Origin: Minisyncoccota bacterium
Lineage (GTDB): Bacteria; Patescibacteriota; Minisyncoccia; UBA6257; JAGOQP01
Direction of reading: 5' to 3'
Assembly (NCBI GenBank): GCA_041674185.1
Contig: JBAYWE010000004.1
Location: forward strand, 186-64,185
Length of the DNA: 64,000 nucleotides
Under the pieces are notes generated by a model, which saw nothing but the letters and a program-made list of their open reading frames with translations, was not told the origin of the DNA and did no database searches. Positions 56,437-64,000 of the stretch are shown here, piece by piece (within the stretch, counting starts at the first letter, position 1; every line of letters starts with the position of its first letter). A program made the position numbers and the translations under genes.

Positions 56437-56828
56437 GGCGTTTCTCCTTTTTTATGTAAAATAATTAGTAAATTCTCAAAGTACAATTCAGACACGGTAT
56501 TGTGTACTGACGATTTCGTATCTCAATACCTAATCGTCAAAACATAATAAATAATAGGCCCCTCATAGGCCCATATCACTCACTATTACAGAAATGAAAA
56601 AAGCCTATGCAAAGAAAGGATAGAAACCCCACCACAACCAATTGATTCTTTTTTCTGTATATGCAGTTTCCATGTGTTATATGGTACATAATTTTATAGC
56701 TTTTTGTCAAATATCGTATGGAATCATAAGATTGACTTAATGCACATAATGTTTTATTATAAGAATAGAAAATTGATAATAAAATTATTCAAAAACTAAA
56801 TTTGGCACACGCCAAAAGGAGAAGTTGT

Positions 56829-57851
56829 ATGCAAAAGAAGGTTGTTTTATCAGGTATTCGAGCAACAGGATTGTTACACCTTGGAAATTATTTGGGTGTA
56901 CTCACTCGTTTTGCCGAAATGTCCAAAAATAACAGCTACAAAAGTTTATTCTTTGTGGCAGATTTACACACACTTACTACGCTGAAAGAGGCACGAATGA
57001 TTCAACGGCATATGCCTAATATCGTTATCGATTACCTTGCAGCTGGAATCAGTTTGGAAAATTCTTTCATTTACCTTCAATCGGATATACCGCAGGTTAC
57101 CGAGTTGGCTTGGTATCTCTCCTGTATAACTCCGGCAAAAGATCTCGAAAGTCTTCCCACCTATAAAGACAAGGTCGCGAAACATCCCGAAGATGTAAAT
57201 GCAGGATTATTTAATTATCCGGTGCTTATGGCAGCAGATATTATTGGTCCTCAGGCGGATCTCGTTCCTGTGGGGAAAGATCAACAGGCCCACCTCGAAT
57301 TAACCGTCTCTTTGGTGAAAAGACTGAATCATCTTTACAAAACACATTTTCCTATTCCTGACGCGCTTATTAATGAAATGATAACCGTACCGGGATTATC
57401 TGCTATGGGCGAAAATGGATTCCCAAAAATGGGAAAGAGCGATGGAAACACTATTGTTCTTTCTGAAATTCCGGGAGACACGTGGCAGAAAATTAAAACC
57501 GCCCCTACGGATCCAAACAGAAGATTAAGAACAGATGTAGGAAATCCAGAACATTGTTCTATTTTTCAACTTCACAAACTTATCAGTGCTCCAGATGAAA
57601 TTAATTGGAGTAAGAATGGTTGTGAAAAAGCTGAGATCGGCTGTATTGATTGCAAAAAATTACTTTCAGTCAATGTAAATAGTCTCTTGGAAGAATTCAG
57701 AGAACGTCGTAAAGAATTGGTTGAAAAACCAAACCTTATAAGAGACGTTCTTGAAGCAGGAAAAGCTCATGTAACACCGATATTTAACGAAACTATCGCG
57801 GTAGTACGTGATAGAATAGGCATTAAAGAAATGATCTTCGGTGGAGGATAA
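56829..57851 (+). CDS. trpS: Tryptophan--tRNA ligase with a C-x25-C-x6-C-x2-C insertion
   Basis: HIGH-class motif (GLLHLGNYLG), KMGKS (the KMSKS motif), TrpRS-like throughout. AGGAG Shine-Dalgarno upstream of the chosen ATG. The Cys cluster (CSIFQLH...GCEKAEIGCIDCKK) recalls the reported Fe-S-containing Thermotoga TrpRS, cited from memory. Confidence 0.8.
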   Translation: MQKKVVLSGIRATGLLHLGNYLGVLTRFAEMSKNNSYKSLFFVADLHTLTTLKEARMIQRHMPNIVIDYLAAGISLENSFIYLQSDIPQVTELAWYLSCITPAKDLESLPTYKDKVAKHPEDVNAGLFNYPVLMAADIIGPQADLVPVGKDQQAHLELTVSLVKRLNHLYKTHFPIPDALINEMITVPGLSAMGENGFPKMGKSDGNTIVLSEIPGDTWQKIKTAPTDPNRRLRTDVGNPEHCSIFQLHKLISAPDEINWSKNGCEKAEIGCIDCKKLLSVNVNSLLEEFRERRKELVEKPNLIRDVLEAGKAHVTPIFNETIAVVRDRIGIKEMIFGGG

Positions 57852-57853
57852 AA

Positions 57854-59200
57854 ATGAAGAAGAAAACAGAAGACCCCGAATGGTTTCCCCACAAAGGAAA
57901 CAACACAAAAGAAATAAACAAAATACTCACAAACTCTCTTGCCCAATGCATTGATTATAAAAATCAACCAATACTCGGATTTCCCGGAACAACACCAAAT
58001 ACACTTGCACTGCAAGTGTATAGCAGATTCTCTCAGAGACAGCCAAATAATATTGGGTACCACACAAAATCAGCAGATGAGAAACCATCTGAAATGGGTT
58101 TTGCGGGGACCCAAAAACTTGAAAGAGAATTTATTTACGGTGTTGCGCAAATGATTGGTGTTAAGAATCCATCCAAAAAAATAGATGGGTACCTTTGCAC
58201 CGGCGGAACTGATGGAAACGACCACGGATTGTGGCTCGCTCGAAATAAGCTCTGGAAAGATATAACTGTTGCCGAAAATGAGAATCAAGGAATTGTAGTA
58301 CTCAGATCATTCTTATTTCATTACAGTATTGAAAAAGCATTCAATCGCCTTTTAGGAAAAAATCCTGATGAAAGTTATAAACACAACAACGTACTTCTGG
58401 AACTTCCTACAGATAATAACGGCGAATTAGAACCGAGTGTTATAGAAAAAGAAGTTCGCGCATACCACGAAAAAGGGTACCGGCGCTTTGCTGTTTTTCT
58501 CACCGCCGGAACAACTAACATGGGAAGTATTGATCCCGTATATAAGATCTGTAAGACCCTTAAAGGTCTGAAAGATAAATTACACATGGCAGTATATGTT
58601 CACGTTGATGCGGCTTTTGGAGGATTTGTAATTCCTTTCTTAGAACCTCAGTGTAAATTTGCATTTCAACATCCCCTGGTAGGATCAGTATCTATTGATG
58701 CCCACAAAACAGGATGGGTTCCTTACTCCGCTGGTATATTTTTATGCCGAAAAGGATATCTTGCATTCACTAAAACAGATGCGCGATATATATATGGACA
58801 CACTGATTTCACCATTCCTGGATCCCGATCAGGAGCAATTGCTGCAGCCTGTTGGGCAACGCTACAACAGTATGGATTCCACACCTTTAATAAAATTATT
58901 CAAGGTTCTATGAAAAATCGCAGCTATTTGGAAAAAGAACTGCGAAAAATACCGGGTATACATATATACCGAGGGAGAATGAATATCCTTACTATAAAAA
59001 CGCCTCGCTATCTCAAAAAACGGTTCACTGAGATACGAGAACGATTTTGTATTGTACAAGACCATTTTCCCAAGGACTTGACAAAGTGTGACGAAAAGAC
59101 TATGATGATGAAACGTACTATTTTAGTGTATCGGTTTACTGTTATGCCGCATGTCACTAAAAAAGATATCGATGTATTCATCAGCTCTTTGAATAATTAA
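57854..59200 (+). CDS. PLP-dependent group II amino-acid decarboxylase (tyrosine/aromatic/glutamate decarboxylase family)
   Basis: SIDAHKTG PLP-lysine motif, Gly-rich region TGGTDGND. 448 aa. Translationally coupled (3-nt gap) to trpS. Confidence 0.65.
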   Translation: MKKKTEDPEWFPHKGNNTKEINKILTNSLAQCIDYKNQPILGFPGTTPNTLALQVYSRFSQRQPNNIGYHTKSADEKPSEMGFAGTQKLEREFIYGVAQMIGVKNPSKKIDGYLCTGGTDGNDHGLWLARNKLWKDITVAENENQGIVVLRSFLFHYSIEKAFNRLLGKNPDESYKHNNVLLELPTDNNGELEPSVIEKEVRAYHEKGYRRFAVFLTAGTTNMGSIDPVYKICKTLKGLKDKLHMAVYVHVDAAFGGFVIPFLEPQCKFAFQHPLVGSVSIDAHKTGWVPYSAGIFLCRKGYLAFTKTDARYIYGHTDFTIPGSRSGAIAAACWATLQQYGFHTFNKIIQGSMKNRSYLEKELRKIPGIHIYRGRMNILTIKTPRYLKKRFTEIRERFCIVQDHFPKDLTKCDEKTMMMKRTILVYRFTVMPHVTKKDIDVFISSLNN

Positions 59201-59218
59201 TTTATAAATAAGGTTTAT

Positions 59219-59292
59219 GCCGGCGTAGCTCAATTGGCTAGAGTAGCGGTCTCCAAAACCGACGGTTGGGGGTTCGATTCCCTCCGCCGGCG
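59219..59292 (+). tRNA. tRNA-Trp (anticodon CCA)
   Basis: Acceptor GCCGGCG/CGCCGGC, D-stem GCTC/GAGT, anticodon loop CTCCAAA, T-arm GGGGG-TTCGATT-CCCTC, discriminator G. Lies 18 nt after the decarboxylase stop. Confidence 0.8.
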
Positions 59293-59437
59293 CAAACCTT
59301 CTTGACTCCCATACTTTCTTTTATTTTTTAAAAGATGTATGAGGAGTCTTTTTTATAAAAATTTTGATTCCAAAAAATATGATATACTCTTTATGAAATA
59401 CCACCTCATTAATTTAATATTGAAGGAATACTAAAAA

Positions 59438-60700
59438 ATGAAAACCACAGAAACAACCCACTACGATCTCATCGTAATTGGCGGAGGAGCTTCTGGACTC
59501 ATCGCGGCTGGACGCGCGGGCGAACGGGGACTCCGTGTTCTTTTGCTTGAAAAAAATAACCGGCTTGGTGAAAAACTCCGTATATCGGGAGGGGGGCGAT
59601 GTAATATTACCAACGCACAAGAAAATGAACGTGAGCTTCTCAAACACTATGGAGAGGCAGAACAATCCCTTTATTCTCTCTTTGCGCAATTTGGTGTAAA
59701 AGACACATTCTCTTTTTTTGAATCACAGGGGCTTCCTCTCGTTATAGAAGCACATCATCGCGCGTTCCCTCAATCACAAAGCGCAGAAGATGTTGTAAAA
59801 ACACTTGAAATATATATGCGTATGGGAAACGTAACCATAAAAACCAACTCACCCGTTACCCACATACTCACCCAAGATAATCTCATTATTGCAGTTCACT
59901 GTGGTGATAAAAAATATACTGCAACCGATTTTCTCCTTGCAACAGGCGGAGTGTCACATCCAAAGACGGGATCAACGGGAGATGGATTCGCGTGGTTACA
60001 ATCGTTGGGGCACACGATACAAAAACCAACGCCAACAGTAGTACCCCTTGCCGTAAAAGAACAGTGGGTGAAAGAGCTTGCGGGAGTATCTCTTTCTTCG
60101 GTGAAAATTACATTTTATGTAGATGAGAAGAAACAATTTCATCTTACGGGAAACATACTCTGTACTCACTTTGGGCTCTCGGGTCCACTCATTCTGAATC
60201 ATGCATATAAAGTGGCAAATATATTCCCCACCGGAACTGTTACGGCAACTATTGATCTCTACCCGCAAAACGATTTAGGGTCGTTAGAACGAACCATTAT
60301 CAGTGTTTTTGATGCGCATAAAAATAAGGTTCTTAAAAATATTATTAAAGAATTTGTTCCCGAAGGAACTTACAAAGGTATTGCGCTATTACTTGCACAA
60401 CATGTAGATATAGAAACAAAAGTACATTCCGTTTCTAAAGAAGACAGAAAAAAAATAGTACAATTACTCAAAGCGCTCCCTGTGACGATTACAAAACTCA
60501 TGGGATTTGATAAAGCTGTTGTTGCAGATGGAGGTGTGCCTCTTACAGAAATAGATATGAGAACCATGCGATCAAAGAAAATCCCCAACCTATTCATTAC
60601 CGGAGATCTGCTCCATATCAATCGGCCTTCAGGAGGATATTCCCTCCAACTTTGTTGGACGACGGGATATGTAGCCGCAAATCATGCTGGTAAAAAATAA
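59438..60700 (+). CDS. NAD(P)/FAD-dependent oxidoreductase, HI0933/BaiN-like flavoprotein
   Basis: N-terminal Rossmann YDLIVIGGGASGLIAA...LLLEK, then GGGRCNITN, which is characteristic of the HI0933 family. Confidence 0.7.
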   Translation: MKTTETTHYDLIVIGGGASGLIAAGRAGERGLRVLLLEKNNRLGEKLRISGGGRCNITNAQENERELLKHYGEAEQSLYSLFAQFGVKDTFSFFESQGLPLVIEAHHRAFPQSQSAEDVVKTLEIYMRMGNVTIKTNSPVTHILTQDNLIIAVHCGDKKYTATDFLLATGGVSHPKTGSTGDGFAWLQSLGHTIQKPTPTVVPLAVKEQWVKELAGVSLSSVKITFYVDEKKQFHLTGNILCTHFGLSGPLILNHAYKVANIFPTGTVTATIDLYPQNDLGSLERTIISVFDAHKNKVLKNIIKEFVPEGTYKGIALLLAQHVDIETKVHSVSKEDRKKIVQLLKALPVTITKLMGFDKAVVADGGVPLTEIDMRTMRSKKIPNLFITGDLLHINRPSGGYSLQLCWTTGYVAANHAGKK

Positions 60701-60771
60701 ACGCATATCAATGAACGAGTGGGTTTATTTTATTATTTTCAAATATTTGTAACATGCTATGATATACACAT

Positions 60772-61776
60772 ATGATTATTCACTCTAAAAAATATACAGT
60801 ACTACTCATAAGTATGAGTGTGCTGACCTATTGGTTCATACAAACCACACCACCCACTCATGCCGCGACGATCCCGTGCACCGTTCTTTCTATAAATCTT
60901 TACCAAGGAGCAACGGATGTTACCATGGAAGGACAAATACGTTTATTACAAAATTTTCTTGTTTCTGCCGGATATTTAACCGCAAAACCAAATGGAGTTT
61001 TTGGCCCCGCAACCTACACCGCAGTAAAACAATACCAATCGACACATACTATTCAAACCACAGGGGTTACAGGACCTCTCACCAGATCAGCTATACAGAA
61101 AGAGAGTTGTTCTATTACCACCACCCCACCAGCAACAACAGCCTCTGTTCCTCCAACCGTCCCCGCCACAACAACCGTACCACACATTATAGTTACCAAT
61201 CCTCAAAGAGGAGTTGATTTTACTCTAGGAGAATCATATCTGATTAGCTGGACAGGTCCTTCAGATGCCATGGGATATTCTATACTTCTTGAGGATCAAA
61301 ACGGAGCAGGAAAAGGATATATAGCTCTTGGGGCTTTTCCCGAAAAACAATACATATGGAAAGCTGGAGAAACTTTATCTTCACATAACCAAACTATTAT
61401 TCCGGGAACCTATCGTATACGCGTTCAACACCAAGTCAAAGGACCTATGCCCTACGACGAAACGAGCGCTGTATTTCATATCGTATATCCCCCGCTTACT
61501 GTCACACAAATTTTTCCCAAAACACCTCTAAACGCTGATGCAAAAACGAGTGTTGTGTTGTATGGATCTGGATTCACCTCTTCTTCGTTCGTATATTTTG
61601 ATCAATCCTTTGCCGTTAGCACGCGACCCCTGTACACCTCTCCTGATGGAACTGTTATGGTTATAACCATTCCTGAAAGGCTGCCTTCTGGTTATCATAC
61701 GGTGCGCGTATCAAACACCTATGATCTCTCAGCAACAACCACACAGAGCGACCCCTTAGAAATCACTGTGCGGTAA
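60772..61776 (+). CDS. Secreted protein with peptidoglycan-binding (PG_binding_1) domain, Thr/Pro linker and Ig-like domains
   Basis: Signal peptide. LLQNFL...GYL...NGVFGPATYTAVKQYQ matches the PG-binding repeat. Confidence 0.6.
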   Translation: MIIHSKKYTVLLISMSVLTYWFIQTTPPTHAATIPCTVLSINLYQGATDVTMEGQIRLLQNFLVSAGYLTAKPNGVFGPATYTAVKQYQSTHTIQTTGVTGPLTRSAIQKESCSITTTPPATTASVPPTVPATTTVPHIIVTNPQRGVDFTLGESYLISWTGPSDAMGYSILLEDQNGAGKGYIALGAFPEKQYIWKAGETLSSHNQTIIPGTYRIRVQHQVKGPMPYDETSAVFHIVYPPLTVTQIFPKTPLNADAKTSVVLYGSGFTSSSFVYFDQSFAVSTRPLYTSPDGTVMVITIPERLPSGYHTVRVSNTYDLSATTTQSDPLEITVR

Positions 61777-61833
61777 CATATCTATTATATATTTAAAAAA
61801 TACCTCTTTATAGAGGTATTTTTTAAAGGAACT

Positions 61834-62256
61834 TTATAAGAGGATACCGAGCGCGTATGAAATAACATAAACAAACGCCGCAATAATACAAATAATAGGC
61901 ATATACTTAGGAGATTCACCCTGCTTCTCAATAAATTTATGTAAATATCCCCACGTCTCTAAAATCAAAAAGATAGTAATAACCACTAAGAGAAGAAACG
62001 GCGTCTGTATAAAATAAAAAATAAAGAATCCTATACTTGCCATGAGTATATCTGACATTTGATTTATCTGAGATTCTCCAACTTTTGTGTAATATTCAAT
62101 AAATTCCCATATAACAAACGCTAGTACAGAAAGAAATACCGCGAAGATAAAATTAATCTTACTATACCATGCAAGACCTGCGAGACTTGCTCCAAATAGA
62201 AAATGATTAAGTGACCAAAGATCAATATATTTACTTTCTTGCCAAAGATTTTTCAT
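61834..62256 (-). CDS. Polytopic membrane protein, hypothetical (140 aa)
   Basis: Four predicted TM helices. Confidence 0.4.
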   Translation of the reverse strand: MKNLWQESKYIDLWSLNHFLFGASLAGLAWYSKINFIFAVFLSVLAFVIWEFIEYYTKVGESQINQMSDILMASIGFFIFYFIQTPFLLLVVITIFLILETWGYLHKFIEKQGESPKYMPIICIIAAFVYVISYALGILL

Positions 62257-62342
62257 AGTATATAAATATTTATTAGTGTATCATACTATTCCGTCATAGA
62301 AAATTTATTGAATTCCCCTCGTAAAACGCGCATACTATTTTT

Positions 62343-63419
62343 ATGTCTCGTACAACCTATATATCTATAGTTATTGTGGTCGTTTTTATTATACTGGGAA
62401 TTTTTTTGTATTCTCTTGTTTTTTCCACACCTCCACTTCCTGAGATATCAAAAGAAAAGACGGTTACTTTTTCGGTATTTTTTTCACACAAAAATATATC
62501 TGCACATGACTGTTCACAAGTACTTCCCATAAAACGAACAATCCCTTATACGACTGGCGTTGCAACAGAAGCGTTGCAACAACTCTTTCAGGGACCAACT
62601 CCACAAGAATTACAACAGGGATACACGAGTGCACTTGTTGCATCTTCTTCCCCTCTTATCCGTATTTCTATATATGAGGGAACTGCGTATGTAGACTTAC
62701 ACGATATTCGAAAAACTCAAACGCATATATCATCGTCCTGTGGTATGGGAGCTTTCATCTCTCAAGTAACAAACACTCTTACTCAATTCTCTACCATACA
62801 AAAAGTTATATTCGCCATCAATGGTAACCCACAAATATTTTATGATTGGATCCAAATGGGATGCTCTCTTGAAAACGAATACTGTAATCCCACTCAATTC
62901 TTAATCGCGGGTATACGAGGCTCTTTATGGACACCTTATACCGACACCCAAAAATTATTTACCCTCTCATACCCTTCTCTATTTACCAAAGCAAAAAGTA
63001 ATACCTCGGTACTTTCCCTTACTCCTATTTCAAGCATTCTACTCACCCATCGTATTCCTACACCACATTGTGTACTCTCAGAAAAATGCACCCCCTTCAC
63101 TACAAATATACAGGTTCAACTCAGCGTCCTAAATGCCCCCCTTTCTCAGGTTGCACAAGCCATTGCTTCAAGTACCGCCCAAGAACCTCAACCATTCCAT
63201 GTGGCAGAAAAAACAGGTGTATTTTCATACATGGGAGCAGAAGGTGAAGGATTATATGAATACGCTATTCCCCTCAATACAACACACACATTATTTATAA
63301 CTCGTATCTATATAGACGAGGCAAGTATCATTACTTATAAAAGCGCCCCTCTCTTTATTCCCTTTGAAGACCAGAAGAAGTTGTTTAGTGAGATATTAAA
63401 TACCCTCAAAATTTTTTAA
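62343..63419 (+). CDS. Secreted protein with GerMN (sporulation/germination-like) domain
   Basis: N-terminal TM. VATEALQQLFQGPTPQELQQGYTSAL...IYEGTAYVDL matches the GerMN consensus. Confidence 0.5.
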   Translation: MSRTTYISIVIVVVFIILGIFLYSLVFSTPPLPEISKEKTVTFSVFFSHKNISAHDCSQVLPIKRTIPYTTGVATEALQQLFQGPTPQELQQGYTSALVASSSPLIRISIYEGTAYVDLHDIRKTQTHISSSCGMGAFISQVTNTLTQFSTIQKVIFAINGNPQIFYDWIQMGCSLENEYCNPTQFLIAGIRGSLWTPYTDTQKLFTLSYPSLFTKAKSNTSVLSLTPISSILLTHRIPTPHCVLSEKCTPFTTNIQVQLSVLNAPLSQVAQAIASSTAQEPQPFHVAEKTGVFSYMGAEGEGLYEYAIPLNTTHTLFITRIYIDEASIITYKSAPLFIPFEDQKKLFSEILNTLKIF

Positions 63420-63430
63420 CACACGAGATA

Positions 63431-63913
63431 CTATTTAGTAGAATTATAGATAGATAAAATCTCTGCGGCAGAGAGAGCTCTGTTATAGATACGGACGTCG
63501 TCGACGTATCCAGCAAAAAACGGAGTTGTTGGAATAGTTGAACACTGCGCCTCTGCTCCTATAATCAACGAGTTTGAGCAAGAATATGTAATAGAATAAT
63601 TTCCTCCCGCATCATTCGTATTAGCTAATACGCCATCTATATATAATTTAGCGTATCGTCCATCAAAAACTCCAGCTACAAAAAGCCACCCACCGTGAGA
63701 AGTCGCTGATGATATTCCATACGTTCCATTTCTGAAAAGATAAAAAGCTATATCGGTATTAAAACCGTATCCTCCAGTTTCGGTCTTTGATAAAATTCTC
63801 CATTCTCCTACCCCCGATCTATTCGCCCACAACATAAATGATATTTGATTTACAGGAGCAAGTGATGCTGCATAGGGCACTCCTACATAGTTAGTAGCCC
63901 CATCAAAACTCAA
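63431..63913 (-). CDS. Concanavalin-A-like lectin/glucanase (LamG) domain protein; N-terminus may extend beyond the annotated ATG or the window
   Basis: LYIDGVL...IIGA...FFAGYVDDVRIYNRALSAAEI is the typical LamG jelly-roll signature. Confidence 0.5.
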   Translation of the reverse strand: MSFDGATNYVGVPYAASLAPVNQISFMLWANRSGVGEWRILSKTETGGYGFNTDIAFYLFRNGTYGISSATSHGGWLFVAGVFDGRYAKLYIDGVLANTNDAGGNYSITYSCSNSLIIGAEAQCSTIPTTPFFAGYVDDVRIYNRALSAAEILSIYNSTK

Positions 63914-64000
63914 ACAACTCCCTCTCTTACAGTTTGTGGATGTCTGCCAAGTAGGGCTATTGGTGAGCGTGCCATTGTTGCTATATCCCGATCGATCATA

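Noticed and set aside
56437-56828. T-box riboswitch leader upstream of trpS
   Set aside because: The 390-bp leader has no recognisable T-box consensus (AATTAGGGTGGNACCGCG) and no obvious specifier-loop/antiterminator architecture. Only a duplicated ATAGGCCC motif was seen.
1-64000. CRISPR arrays and rRNA genes
   Set aside because: No regularly spaced direct-repeat array was seen. The only multi-copy short repeat is the 20-bp palindrome, with four dispersed copies. No 16S, 23S or 5S-like sequence was seen.

Overview
This 64-kb window is a low-GC bacterial chromosomal segment made mostly of compact housekeeping operons, plus eight tRNA genes, a Type I restriction-modification operon with extra embedded genes, and a repeated structured element attached to tRNA genes. 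The element family is the most unusual thing here and is not explained by any standard feature type I know.

Housekeeping content includes:
- the CCA-adding enzyme
- the cell-shape cluster mreB-mreC-mreD-PBP2
- proS, rseP, frr and holB
- tpiA, RNase Y and gpmI
- ppsA
- rbfA-infB and rsgA
- trpS

There are also many secreted or membrane proteins of unknown function.

The eight tRNA genes are Arg-TCG, Lys-CTT, Gly-GCC, Glu-TTC, Leu-TAA, Cys-GCA, Ser-GCT and Trp-CCA. None encodes the 3' CCA. Gene sizes (IF-2 of 488 aa, ProRS of 416 aa), the many short secreted proteins and the absence of encoded CCA suggest a reduced genome. A Candidate Phyla Radiation bacterium is possible, but that is inference only.

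The tRNA-linked element sits immediately 3' of four tRNAs (Arg, Gly, Ser, Glu). Each copy has three parts:
- a left arm that is the reverse complement of the host tRNA's last ~20 nt, split by a hairpin with a conserved AACTGCTT loop
- a conserved ~80-nt core
- a right arm that is a direct copy of the host tRNA 3' end

A 20-bp near-palindrome (CCTGCCTACCGGYAGGCAGG) occurs four times, always in or next to these tRNA-derived sequences. At the tRNA-Ser locus a small GIY-YIG nuclease gene is flanked by a 35-bp direct duplication of the tRNA 5' region.

The Type I R-M operon (hsdM-hsdS-hsdR) carries two extra genes between its subunits, a NYN-domain predicted RNase and a coiled-coil membrane protein. 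Its HsdM also has an N-terminal helix-turn-helix fusion.

I found no rRNA genes, no CRISPR array and no integrase or transposase.
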